Assembly (NCBI GenBank): GCA_038893995.1
Contig: JAWAQK010000015.1
Coordinates: 1-47,586, forward strand
DNA from: Candidatus Thorarchaeota archaeon
Lineage (GTDB): Archaea > Asgardarchaeota > Thorarchaeia > Thorarchaeales > Thorarchaeaceae
Reading direction: 5' to 3'
Length of the DNA: 47,586 nucleotides
The first letter of the stretch is position 1, and every line of letters starts with the position of its first letter. Below the pieces are notes generated by a model. The model saw only the letters and a list, made by a program, of their open reading frames with translations. It was not told where the DNA came from and did not search any database. Positions 27,599 to 36,950 of the stretch are shown piece after piece. The position numbers were made by a program, and so were the translations under genes.

Positions 27599-28671
27599 AG
27601 GTATATGTGTCGTATCCTGCAGGTTCCTTCTTGTCCCACCATGCATGGGCCGTAGGGATCCTCGGGGGTACATCGCTTCCCAAAGAGCGGACACTCTGTG
27701 GGATCTGCCATACCCAGGACTACTCGGTGACAGATGCAGCCGGGGAGTATGTCAACAGACTCACGATGTTCAACCTCGAAGAGCTTCCGAGCATCGTGGT
27801 CACAGAACTCTGGCCGGAGAGCAAGGCCGGATCTGGGGATGACGCCTATTCCTCTCCAAACTGCGTCCTCTGGGATGAATGCCCTGTCAATCATCCTCTG
27901 GGCGTTGATGTTGCCATCCCAACTGACGACACGACTGTATTCGATCTCTGATTCCGCACGACCCTCACACATCTGCTTGAGGATCATCCGGACTGCCTCA
28001 AGAACATCCAGCGGTTCGAAACCGGCCACAACACAGGGTACCCTCTTCTTCTCGGCAATGGGCTGAAACGCTCTGGCACCTATCACAGCACTGACATGTC
28101 CGGGCGTGATGAAGCCATCGACATGAACATCTTCAATATCGACAAGCATCTCCATTGCAGGGGGTATCACCTTGAGGGACGTGAGTACACTGAAGTTCTG
28201 GGGAGGACCCCTGACGACCTCAGCCGCCACTGTTGGAGCAGTGGTTTCGAACCCTGCACACATGAATACCACGTCGCGATTGGGATTGTCACGAGCGATA
28301 CGTACTGCATCGTTGGCCCCGTATACTACTCGCACATCGGCACCCGCCGCGCGCTCCTTGGCAAGACTTGAGTCACTCGAGGGCACTTGTATCATGTCGC
28401 CAAATGTGACAATCAGCTTCCCCTGACGAGCAAGTTCTACCGCGACATCGATGTCTTTGGCTGCGCAAACGCACACAGGACAGCCGGGACCCGCAATGAG
28501 AGAAATGTTGTCGGGGAGGAGACTCCGCAGCCCTGAGCTGCTTATGGTATCTTCATGAGTCCCGCATACATGGACGATCCGTATCCTTCGACCATCGGAT
28601 AGTCTGCGGATCTCCCTCACAACAGTGCGTACATAACGACGATCCTGAAACCTAGCTAGACTCTCTGACAT
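27595..28671 (-). CDS. hypD: Hydrogenase maturation protein HypD
   Basis: CGTHE, GPGCPVC, GFETTAP, PGHVS, C-terminal Cys cluster with GPCMV..EGTC. Confidence 0.96.
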   Translation of the reverse strand: MSESLARFQDRRYVRTVVREIRRLSDGRRIRIVHVCGTHEDTISSSGLRSLLPDNISLIAGPGCPVCVCAAKDIDVAVELARQGKLIVTFGDMIQVPSSDSSLAKERAAGADVRVVYGANDAVRIARDNPNRDVVFMCAGFETTAPTVAAEVVRGPPQNFSVLTSLKVIPPAMEMLVDIEDVHVDGFITPGHVSAVIGARAFQPIAEKKRVPCVVAGFEPLDVLEAVRMILKQMCEGRAESEIEYSRVVSWDGNINAQRMIDRAFIPEDAVWRGIGVIPRSGLALRPEFCDHDARKLFEVEHRESVDILPGCICHRVVLGMADPTECPLFGKRCTPEDPYGPCMVGQEGTCRIRHIYL

Positions 28672-28741
28672 CTTGAGGACCTCGGACCACTAACGGGGAA
28701 ATCTCCAGAGTGAGCAGGTATGGAACATGACACCCTTAACG

Positions 28742-29053
28742 CTATGGATTCAGGTCGCTCAGAATCACGAGCGCTTCTCCGACAGATATGGAGAGACGAC
28801 AGGCCAGGTCTCTGGGAGTGATCTCGGGTTCGTGAGAAACTATGAACTCACGTGTGTACTGGAGCAGGTTGGGAAAGAGAGGACTCCTGTGTACGGCCTC
28901 AACCAAGAAGGGCCAGAGAGGATCCTCCCTGAACTTCCGGAGGTCTACCTCAAGAAACGTTGTCGGGATGGCCCTGCGCAGGCCGCAGGTCTGGGGTGCT
29001 TCAGCAGTACGCTCAGTTTCACCTGCGATCGAAGTGAGTCTTTCCTGTTTCAT
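28742..29053 (-). CDS. Small hypothetical protein with a possible C-terminal HTH
   Basis: ITPRDLACRLSISVGEALVIL; GAGGGA SD. Confidence 0.65.
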   Translation of the reverse strand: MKQERLTSIAGETERTAEAPQTCGLRRAIPTTFLEVDLRKFREDPLWPFLVEAVHRSPLFPNLLQYTREFIVSHEPEITPRDLACRLSISVGEALVILSDLNP

Positions 29054-29245
29054 GCTGCTTCCCTCAGTCGAGTGACAACTGAGGCTTCATCCCTGTTCTG
29101 ATTATAAGGGTTGAGATGGTTGAGTACCCACGATAGGGTTCAGGGCCGGCAATGACAACAGATGTCGGAGCACCATCAACAACCTTTAACAGGAAATCAA
29201 GACTCATAGATGTCAATCATGGGGACACTGAGAAAGGACGAATAC

Positions 29246-29542
29246 ATGACCCACGGCATCCGACGACTAGTGCTCGACGTCCTCAAGCCACACAGTCCAA
29301 TGTTGCCTGATCTGGCAGTCATGCTGGCCCGAGACCCAAGAGTCACTGGTGTCAATATTACGCTCAAGGAAGTAGACCAGAATACAGAGTCCATATCGGT
29401 GACTCTCGAGGGGGAAGACCTGAGTTTCGATGCGTTGAAGACCATACTAGAGGATGCAGGTGCAGTGATACATTCGATAGATCAGGTCCTTGCGGGTAGG
29501 AGAATTGTGGAGAATGTCCCACTTCAGCCAGAGGACGACTAG
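29246..29542 (+). CDS. DUF211 family protein
   Basis: IRRLVLDVLKPH and GAVIHSIDQV signature. Confidence 0.92.
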   Translation: MTHGIRRLVLDVLKPHSPMLPDLAVMLARDPRVTGVNITLKEVDQNTESISVTLEGEDLSFDALKTILEDAGAVIHSIDQVLAGRRIVENVPLQPEDD

Positions 29543-30156
29543 TCTCCTTTGTTGGCCATCTCTCTTGATAGCCTGCGACTCTCGACCTCTATCATCTTCT
29601 GTACTACTGTCATGAGGTCATCCTCAAAGGATGCCGGCACAATCTTGACGACGTGACATATCTTCTCCACAATCATCTCAGCCAGCTCGGCAGAGGACAG
29701 TGGTACCCCACGGACTATGCTCCTGACGACCTCCTCGCCCACACTTCCCCTGACAACAGACTCGAGCACGCTGGCAACTATCCCCTGGGGGTCTATGAAG
29801 AACTTCTGGCGGGTCCGGTCGTGGATCCCAAGAAAACCAAGTCTTTCAACCATGTTCTCCGTGTACCAGTCTAGACTGGACTCTTTCATCGACAGCTTTG
29901 CTGCAAACTCGGCCTTTGTCACAGGATTAGGATAGGTCCACGGATGACGGGAGACTATGTAGAGCGCGGCTCCGTACATGGGTTCACTCTCTCGAGGGAT
30001 TCCTTCTTGTTGGACATATCTGCGAATCAGGTCCAGTGCTACAGTCGCATACTTCTCGTCAACGTTCCTCTGAGAGTAGAACTCGTACGCGTCCCGTATC
30101 ACGCTGGCAATCTTGTGAGGCGTAACCGACACTGAGGCGTTCTCTTCTTGAAACAC
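29539..30156 (-). CDS. Hypothetical protein with a TFIIB/cyclin-box-like segment
   Basis: YGAALYIVS...VTKAEFAAKLSMKESSL resembles the TFB cyclin repeat; AGGTGA SD. Confidence 0.7.
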   Translation of the reverse strand: MFQEENASVSVTPHKIASVIRDAYEFYSQRNVDEKYATVALDLIRRYVQQEGIPRESEPMYGAALYIVSRHPWTYPNPVTKAEFAAKLSMKESSLDWYTENMVERLGFLGIHDRTRQKFFIDPQGIVASVLESVVRGSVGEEVVRSIVRGVPLSSAELAEMIVEKICHVVKIVPASFEDDLMTVVQKMIEVESRRLSREMANKGD

Positions 30157-30249
30157 TCGAGACTCACCTCACTGCTGCGGGGAACAGATGGCCCCAATAT
30201 AGTACTTTGCATCAGAAGTACAGGTGAGTGACATTCCGCGCCAAATGGA

Positions 30250-30819
30250 CTATCGTTCACGATAGGTCTTTTCCAGTGCCCATCTCAGGGTTCTCTGAAT
30301 CTCGTTCAGTCTGGTCGACCCGCCATAGTTGCGTATCAGAATTGACACAAGAGTCCCATCATCTGCCTTTATTTCAAAGTCAAAGGCATCTTCCCATTCA
30401 ATCTCGTCATTCTCGACGCGTCGTCTATCCTCCTGTTGATACTGCCCTAGGACCCTCTCCACAAAGAATCGTGCAAAGGCACCCCGCTTTATGTCGTATG
30501 ACGCGTGGGGTGCAGGTACGACCTTGATCTCTGTGTCTGTCACCTCCAACGTGGCCAGCAGCAGATCACGCGTCTTGTTGAGTAGCTCGATCTTACGGGG
30601 TTCCGAAACAGTGGCAGTAACAGGAGGTTGTGACGGCACAGTGGGAGACGATTTCTCCGGGAGAACTGTGTCGGCGGTGGCAAAGCTGCGTGAGCCTATC
30701 ATCTCATCGAGGGCCTGGATGAACGCCTCAATTCTCTCTGATCTCTCCCTGAGCTGGTCAAGTTCGTCCTCCAGCTCCTTCCTCAGTTCGAGAAGTGTTC
30801 GGATACGGGGATCTTCCAC
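30250..30819 (-). CDS. Hypothetical protein with an N-terminal coiled coil
   Basis: Heptad-rich N-terminus, P/S/T linker and globular C-terminus; start uncertain (30819 GTG or 30879 ATG). Confidence 0.75.
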   Translation of the reverse strand: MEDPRIRTLLELRKELEDELDQLRERSERIEAFIQALDEMIGSRSFATADTVLPEKSSPTVPSQPPVTATVSEPRKIELLNKTRDLLLATLEVTDTEIKVVPAPHASYDIKRGAFARFFVERVLGQYQQEDRRRVENDEIEWEDAFDFEIKADDGTLVSILIRNYGGSTRLNEIQRTLRWALEKTYRER

Positions 30820-30891
30820 ATTTAGCACCAACGAGTAGCGGCCTCTGTGCAATTCTAAGCTATCCGACTCATATATCATCCGATACCCGGG

Positions 30892-31158
30892 CTAGTGGGA
30901 GGTCACTGACTCTCCCTGGGAGTCGTCAATACTCTCCGAAGTCTCTTCAACAACGCATATGGCAAAGTCAGGACAGCTCATCTCACACAGACGACAGACA
31001 CGACAGGAGCCCAAGTTATGTACAGACGCCAGATAGTAGCCACGATTGTCTACCCTATCCGAAGCCCGGAGAACGTCATGGGGACATACTGCGATGCAGA
31101 TATGACAGCCCTTGCATAACACGGGATCTATCTCAATGGCGATTGCCTTCCTAGGCAT
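30892..31158 (-). CDS. 2x[4Fe-4S] ferredoxin (2-oxoacid oxidoreductase delta-like)
   Basis: CKGCHICIAVCP and CRVCRLCEMSCPDFAI. Confidence 0.9.
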   Translation of the reverse strand: MPRKAIAIEIDPVLCKGCHICIAVCPHDVLRASDRVDNRGYYLASVHNLGSCRVCRLCEMSCPDFAICVVEETSESIDDSQGESVTSH

Positions 31159-31266
31159 AGTGGACCATCCAGAGTCGTCGCTGATAGACGTTGTTATAAC
31201 GATATCTCAGTATGAGATGCTACTCATTAAATAGTGACGACGTGAACACAGAGGTGGTGTCACAGA

Positions 31267-31980
31267 TTGAAGCACTATTATGTCTTCATGTGTCCCAAGT
31301 GCAGGAACTTCACCAACGCGCCAGTAGGGCAGAAGCACCGAAAGTGTAGCTACTGTGGTACCACGATAGACATCGGAAAGGCCAACGTTGCACTCTTCGA
31401 CGATCAACACGCAGCAATACTCGCGGTCCAGCGCTTCAATGCTGGACGAGATGACGAGTTTGACAAGGCGGTCCAGCGTTCTCGCGATCGCATCAGAGCG
31501 CTCATGCCGACTCAACCCCTGAGTATAGAGGACTCGGAGGAAGAGCCAATCGAGAGCACCTCGACATCGGGGAAGATGAGACGGCTGATGGAACTGCTAG
31601 AGACAATGGCGTCTGACAGTCCCTGCAACCTAGATGACTTCAAGGCTGCGGCGGAGAGAGCTTCGCTGGAGTGGGAGTGGGTCGATCAAGCAATAACCAA
31701 GATGGCAAGCGAGGGAGCCGTTGTGTTTCCCAAGCCATGGTTGATAAGATGGCTGACCCACGACTCGAAGAACTCAAGCAGGTCACAGCAAAGGGTAGAC
31801 CTCACACAGGAGATCCTACGTATGCTGAGGAAGAATGGAGGATCCATGACGGTCGAATCAATAATCAGGCATTACGAGGACAACGGGGTGGCCCGTGAAT
31901 CGATAGAGAACTCACTTGAACGTCTGATGCAGACCGGAAGAGTCTTTGAACCACGTTCCGGTATAATTCAGCTGCTATGA
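31267..31980 (+). CDS. Zinc-ribbon (DUF1922-like) protein with winged-helix domains
   Basis: CPKC...CSYCG, then two wH-like repeats ending GAVVFPKPW and GRVFEPRSG. Confidence 0.75.
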   Translation: MKHYYVFMCPKCRNFTNAPVGQKHRKCSYCGTTIDIGKANVALFDDQHAAILAVQRFNAGRDDEFDKAVQRSRDRIRALMPTQPLSIEDSEEEPIESTSTSGKMRRLMELLETMASDSPCNLDDFKAAAERASLEWEWVDQAITKMASEGAVVFPKPWLIRWLTHDSKNSSRSQQRVDLTQEILRMLRKNGGSMTVESIIRHYEDNGVARESIENSLERLMQTGRVFEPRSGIIQLL

Positions 31981-32017
31981 CGCTGGGTCAGAGTGACGGA
32001 TTCAGGAGTGCATTGCA

Positions 32018-32407
32018 ATGCCCATTGTGGAGCTTGTCGCCAAGAGGGCAGTAGAGCGGAACCCCGGCCTTGGTCTGTCAGTTACTGACATGATTGTGTT
32101 GCTGTGGATCTACTCCAACCCGTATGAAACTAAGAGGAGACAGCTCAGTAGCATGAAGAGCGTGCTGAGAATGACCGACCTTGTTCAGACCGCCGGAAAT
32201 GCGGTGGAAGTGACAGACGAGGAGCTGACCCAGATAGTCCTCGGGAGCATACATAGATTGAAGGAATTGGGCTATGTCAGTATAGTTTCGGCGGGAAGGA
32301 TATTCGTCAGGGGAACTCTCACTCACAAGGGTCTCCGGCTTGTTGAGGAATCGTTTCCGACGCCCATCCTCAAGAGAGTGACCGAGGAGTTCGGTGACAA
32401 CAGATGA
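32018..32407 (+). CDS. Hypothetical winged-helix-like protein
   Basis: RLKELGYV...LTHKG pattern; AGGAG SD. Confidence 0.7.
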   Translation: MPIVELVAKRAVERNPGLGLSVTDMIVLLWIYSNPYETKRRQLSSMKSVLRMTDLVQTAGNAVEVTDEELTQIVLGSIHRLKELGYVSIVSAGRIFVRGTLTHKGLRLVEESFPTPILKRVTEEFGDNR

Positions 32408-32457
32408 GAAGGTAGAACAGCAGACCAGCACCATTCAAGATTGGTTGAGTGACAATG

Positions 32458-32463
32458 TTTAAA
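32458..32463 (+). promoter_or_regulatory. Putative TATA box of the ribosomal superoperon
   Basis: TTTAAA, the only AT-rich box between 32407 and the uL22 start. Confidence 0.55.
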
Positions 32464-32675
32464 TTGACTTCCAGAAGGGAATGCTCTGGCTTTCGGTAAA
32501 GGCCATTCCGAAACCAGTGGAGACAGTGCAGACCAGACTGTTCTGTTCGCGGGAACGGGCTGCAGACGCGTGCCAACACGTTTCGGGATGGTCGTGAAGC
32601 TGTCATGCCAACTGCGTAGCCTGTGTGCATACGCCAGATGAGTGGTGTGCATCAGGTCACTGGAAGTGATTAGAG

Positions 32676-33140
32676 GTGCCAACATATCGATACTCGATAA
32701 TAGGGCTAGACCCTGACAAGACAGCGATAGCCAGTGGTAGGAACATGCGGTGCTCTCCCAGAGACAGCAGAGAGATCTGTAATGCAATTCGAGGGATGAT
32801 GCTCGACAAGGCCATAGAGATGTTGGAGGGAGTGATTGCCCAGAAAGTATGGATTCCTTACAAACGACACAGAAAGGAGAGGGGTCACCACCCAGGGATC
32901 ATGAAATGGGGCCCCGGTGGACATCCAGTAAAGGCATCTGAACTCATTCTGAAGGTGTTGAAGAACGCAGAGAGTAACGCGGACAACAAGGGACTTGACA
33001 TCGACCGGTTAAAGATCATCCATGCTGCAGCACACCACGGTCGTATATACAAGGCCTTTATCGAGCGGGCCTTTGGCAGGAGCAGCCCCTACTACGAGTA
33101 TACAACTCACGTGGAGATAGTTGTGGAGGAGGTGACCTGA
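32676..33140 (+). CDS. rpl22: 50S ribosomal protein uL22
   Basis: EICNAIRGM, LKNAESNA, RAFGR, THVEIV. Confidence 0.97.
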   Translation: MPTYRYSIIGLDPDKTAIASGRNMRCSPRDSREICNAIRGMMLDKAIEMLEGVIAQKVWIPYKRHRKERGHHPGIMKWGPGGHPVKASELILKVLKNAESNADNKGLDIDRLKIIHAAAHHGRIYKAFIERAFGRSSPYYEYTTHVEIVVEEVT

Positions 33141-33943
33141 TGGGAGTAGTCAGGTACTTTGTTGACCGGAACAGAACCAGACTGCTCATAGACGAGTACC
33201 TCGCCAGAGAACTCAGTGCGGCGGGCTATGGTGGTGTCGAGATCAGGAAACTGCCTATGCGCACGGACGTCATAATTCATGCATCCCGGCCTGGAGTGGT
33301 TATAGGCCGAAGAGGGTCGAAGATCAGGGACCTGGCTGAAACACTTGAAACCGAGTATGGTGTCGAGAATGCACAAGTCGAAGTCGCAAACATCGAGAAT
33401 CCGTGGCTAGACGCCAGGGTCATGGCATCTAGACTTGCCAGACAGCTTGAGCGGGGCATACGGTTCAGAAGGATGGCATACTGGATACTGAGACGCGTAA
33501 TTCGTGCAGGTGCGCTGGGTTGTGAGATCATTGTCAGGGGTAAACTATCAAGCAGACGAGCGCGATATCAGAAGTTTAGACACGCCACCTTGGCGAAGGC
33601 AGGAGAACCCGCTCTGACACTGGTTGACGAGGCAACCGACTTTGCAATATTGAAACCAGGCGTCATAGGCGTCAAGATTAGGATAATGAAACCGGACGCC
33701 AAGATGCCAGGCATACTCACGGTGACAAAGAGTGAGAAAAAGGCACCTCGTCCAGAACTCCTGGCGAAACATGATGAAGGCGAGATCGAGGCCCCTGTTG
33801 AGGAAACTGAGATGGCCGAAGTGGAGGAGGGACTGCAGGGGATATCCAGCCCTGATGAGCTTCGAGAGCTAGAGGAACTTGACGAGTTCTCCTTCCCCGA
33901 GGAGGATCACGAGCTAGATACCGATGAGGGAGGCGACAACTGA
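33140..33943 (+). CDS. rps3: 30S ribosomal protein uS3 with an acidic C-terminal tail
   Basis: AGYGG, RPGVVIGRRG KH domain, GKL..RAR, GVIGVKIRI. Confidence 0.97.
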   Translation: MGVVRYFVDRNRTRLLIDEYLARELSAAGYGGVEIRKLPMRTDVIIHASRPGVVIGRRGSKIRDLAETLETEYGVENAQVEVANIENPWLDARVMASRLARQLERGIRFRRMAYWILRRVIRAGALGCEIIVRGKLSSRRARYQKFRHATLAKAGEPALTLVDEATDFAILKPGVIGVKIRIMKPDAKMPGILTVTKSEKKAPRPELLAKHDEGEIEAPVEETEMAEVEEGLQGISSPDELRELEELDEFSFPEEDHELDTDEGGDN

Positions 33944-34152
33944 TGACGAGATTGACCGCAAAGGATCTCCGGAGGCTCATACCGACTGAGCGAAAGAAGA
34001 AGCTCGAGGAACTCTACAATGAACTGTCAAATGCAAAGGTCCAGGTCGCGATGGGTGGGGGAACCAGCAACCCCTACAGGATCAGGGCCATCAGAAAGAC
34101 GATCGCAAGGATACTCACTATCGAAAACGAGATGGAGCGGACATCAGGATGA
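33943..34152 (+). CDS. rpl29: 50S ribosomal protein uL29
   Basis: NPYRIRAIRKTIARILT; operon position. Confidence 0.95.
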   Translation: MTRLTAKDLRRLIPTERKKKLEELYNELSNAKVQVAMGGGTSNPYRIRAIRKTIARILTIENEMERTSG

Positions 34153-34430
34153 CCAGGCGAACTAATGACATAGTCAATGACAACCTTATCGGAAGAAAGG
34201 CTCACATCATAGAGGCAACTGACCCACGCATAGTCTGCCGAAGCGGGACGATAATAGGCGAGTCAAAGGAGATGCTCTGCATTCGCTCGACAGAGAGCAC
34301 ACTGAATGTCCCGAAATCAATCTGCACATTCGAGATCACAACGAAGGACTCGACAGTCCGCGTGGCGGGGCACCTGCTGAGGGGGCGACCCGAGGACCGT
34401 CTGAAGAAGAGAGTCAGAGGAGGCTTGTGA
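34149..34430 (+). CDS. rnp1: Ribonuclease P protein component 1 (Rpp29/Pop4)
   Basis: LIG..., G.IIGES, VPK, GRPEDRLK; operon position. Confidence 0.92.
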   Translation: MTRRTNDIVNDNLIGRKAHIIEATDPRIVCRSGTIIGESKEMLCIRSTESTLNVPKSICTFEITTKDSTVRVAGHLLRGRPEDRLKKRVRGGL

Positions 34431-34789
34431 GAGGCTTGGGAAAGGTCAGAAACATAGGGATACCTGGTATTGAACCTCCAGAAAAGGAATGCAATGACCG
34501 TAACTGTCCGTTCCACGGAGATCTGCCAGTGAGGGGCAGGATCTTCGAGGGTGTAGTGACGAGTACAAGGATGTACAAGACAATCACTTTCCAGCGGGAC
34601 TACTTGACACTCGTGAAGAAGTACGGCCGATATGAGAGACGACGTAGTAGGAAGCATGCACATGTCCCCGACTGTTTCGATGTGGAGGTCGGGAATTGGG
34701 TAAAGGTTGCTGAGTGTAGACCATTAAGCAAGAACGTGGCGATGGTCGTCATACAGGTCTCTCGTTCATCAACTGAGAAGGGGGCATAG
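34427..34789 (+). CDS. rps17: 30S ribosomal protein uS17
   Basis: CPFHG...RG, KYGRYERR, ECRPLSK. Confidence 0.97.
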   Translation: MRGLGKVRNIGIPGIEPPEKECNDRNCPFHGDLPVRGRIFEGVVTSTRMYKTITFQRDYLTLVKKYGRYERRRSRKHAHVPDCFDVEVGNWVKVAECRPLSKNVAMVVIQVSRSSTEKGA

Positions 34790-34792
34790 AAG

Positions 34793-35215
34793 ATGTCAAG
34801 AAAGATGTCAAGGGGAATCAGGAAGTTCACTCCCAAGATCACGAGGGGGCTCCCGGTGGGCGCAACCGTAGTGTGCGCGGATAACTCAGGAGCTAAGGAA
34901 ATGAAGATAATGACAGTCCTGGGTTACAAGACAACACTGGGCAAGCTTACCAAGGCAGGTGTAGGTGACCTCGTCAACGTTTCGGTGACAAAGGGAAAGC
35001 AGGAACTCAGGAAACAGGTCTTACAGGCGATCGTCGTCAGACAGAAGAAGGCGTACAGAAGACCTGACGGTACGTGGATACAATTCGAGGACAATGCTGC
35101 GGTGTTGATAAAGGGCGAGGGAGAGCCACAAGGCACCGAGCTCAGAGGACCAATGGCACGTGAGGTGACGCTGAGATGGCCAAAAGTGGCTGCTATTGCG
35201 TCCAAGATTGTATGA
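34793..35215 (+). CDS. rpl14: 50S ribosomal protein uL14
   Basis: CADNSGAK, FEDNAAV. Confidence 0.98.
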   Translation: MSRKMSRGIRKFTPKITRGLPVGATVVCADNSGAKEMKIMTVLGYKTTLGKLTKAGVGDLVNVSVTKGKQELRKQVLQAIVVRQKKAYRRPDGTWIQFEDNAAVLIKGEGEPQGTELRGPMAREVTLRWPKVAAIASKIV

Positions 35216-35228
35216 GAGGGTGATGCTG

Positions 35229-35612
35229 ATGACTGACAGAACAAGTCCCAAGGCACCCAGGAAACAGAGAAGGATCCTCTACGAGATGCCTATTCACCGT
35301 CGTAGAAGGCTGCTCAGATGTCGACTTGATGACACATTGAGAGAGGAATATGGTACCCGATCGCTGTGTGTCAAGAAGGGAGACCTTGTCCGGATAATGA
35401 GAGGGCAGTTCAGAGACACTGAAGGAAAGATCACAAGAGTCGATTACAGAAGAGGAAAGGTCTACATCGATTCAGTGACTGTGACAAAGGCCGATGGAAA
35501 GGAGGCGGCCGTGCCCGTGAGTACATCGAACCTGATGCTTGTCAAGCTCCAGCTCGACGATGAGCGGAAGAGAAGACTGAGTGCACTGACCAGTGAGGAG
35601 GCGAGTAGCTGA
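35229..35612 (+). CDS. rpl24: 50S ribosomal protein uL24
   Basis: PRKQR, KKGDLVRIMRG KOW motif; start moved to the ATG at 35229. Confidence 0.95.
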   Translation: MTDRTSPKAPRKQRRILYEMPIHRRRRLLRCRLDDTLREEYGTRSLCVKKGDLVRIMRGQFRDTEGKITRVDYRRGKVYIDSVTVTKADGKEAAVPVSTSNLMLVKLQLDDERKRRLSALTSEEASS

Positions 35613-35613
35613 G

Positions 35614-36369
35614 ATGACCAGACTTGGCCAGAAGAGACACCTCAAACGACTGCCAGCACCGAGTCACTGGCCCATCCGCAGAAAAGAGTACAAATTCACC
35701 ACCCGAGTGATACCCGGGCCCCATCCGAAGGAACAATGCATGACGCTTGCACTGTTTCTCAGAGAGGTCCTAGGCTATGCGAAGACCATGAAGGAGGTCA
35801 AGCATATCCTCGACTCGGGAGACGTACTCGTTGATTCCAAAGTGAGGAAGGAGCCCAGATACCCCATTGGTATCATGGACGTGATAGAGATCAAGTCGGC
35901 AGGAGAACGGTTCAGGGTAGTTCCAAGTAAGAGATACGGACTCAGGTTCCAAAGGATCAGCGAGGAGGATGCGAAGATCAAACTCTGCCAGATACGTGGT
36001 AAGAGGATGGTCGACGGTGGGAGAGTACAGATCACTCTACATGACGGACGCAATATCTTGCTCCCGGAAGGAGCCTCGGTTTCGGAGTATCGGATACTAG
36101 ACACACTGAAGATCTCACTCCCAGACCAGAAGATCTTGGCTCACCTGCCGCTACAGCAGGGGGCCTACGCAATTGTCAGTCGAGGAACGAACACCGGAAC
36201 TGAGGGAGTGATCAAGGAAATGCAGAAGAGGTACGGGACTCATGCGAGCATGGCTCTTGTAGAAGACAAGAATGGGCATGCTCTAGGAACTGTACTGGAA
36301 TACGTATTCGTCATCGGTAACAAGGCTCCAGACATCGAGATTGGAACTGACGGGGGTGCACAGTATTGA
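35614..36369 (+). CDS. rps4e: 30S ribosomal protein eS4
   Basis: HLKRLPAP..W, PGPH, PIGIMDVI, HDGRN; start at ATG 35614. Confidence 0.97.
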   Translation: MTRLGQKRHLKRLPAPSHWPIRRKEYKFTTRVIPGPHPKEQCMTLALFLREVLGYAKTMKEVKHILDSGDVLVDSKVRKEPRYPIGIMDVIEIKSAGERFRVVPSKRYGLRFQRISEEDAKIKLCQIRGKRMVDGGRVQITLHDGRNILLPEGASVSEYRILDTLKISLPDQKILAHLPLQQGAYAIVSRGTNTGTEGVIKEMQKRYGTHASMALVEDKNGHALGTVLEYVFVIGNKAPDIEIGTDGGAQY

Positions 36370-36938
36370 TTGAGAACGAGGAGAAGATCCTTGAAGAGTG
36401 GAAGAGCTATCCCATGAAGAGGCCCTACATCTCCAAGGTAGTCGTCGACATCTGTGACGCTGACAGCAACGCGCTCGATAAGGCAGCTGCAATTCTTGAG
36501 AGCCTGACTGAGCAGACACCGGTGCGATCAAGAGCCAAACAGACAATCCGTGACTTTGGAATAAGCAAGAAGAAACCCATAGCAGTCAGAGTCACACTCA
36601 GACATGAGAAAGCGCGTGAATTCCTCGTGCGCGCTCTGAAGGCAAAGGATGGTGTCCTGCTATACAGAAACTGGGACGAGGACGGTAACTTCGCATTTGG
36701 CATAAGTGAACATATAGACATACCAGATGTGAAGTACGATCCAAATCTGGGGGTGTCCGGCATGAACATTACCGTGTGTGTAGAACGCCCTGGCTACAGG
36801 GTCAAGAGAAGACTGAAACAGAGGTCACATGTGCCTTGGAGACACCGAATGACACCTCAGGAGAGCATGCTGTTTGTCAAGAAGGAGTTTGGGGTCGAGA
36901 TCCTTGAGAAGGAGCGTGAACGAACGTATACATTCTAG
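36366..36938 (+). CDS. rpl5: 50S ribosomal protein uL5
   Basis: AKQTIRDFGI, VTLR, GNFAFGISEHID, YDP..G..GM. Confidence 0.96.
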   Translation: MIENEEKILEEWKSYPMKRPYISKVVVDICDADSNALDKAAAILESLTEQTPVRSRAKQTIRDFGISKKKPIAVRVTLRHEKAREFLVRALKAKDGVLLYRNWDEDGNFAFGISEHIDIPDVKYDPNLGVSGMNITVCVERPGYRVKRRLKQRSHVPWRHRMTPQESMLFVKKEFGVEILEKERERTYTF

Positions 36939-36950
36939 AGGTGACCCGTG

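Noticed and set aside
32467-32667. Long-range stem ACTTCCAG/CTGGAAGT closing the uL22 leader; also RNase P or SRP RNA identity
   Set aside because: The 5' arm lies upstream of the expected TSS, and the RNase P and SRP signature sequences are absent
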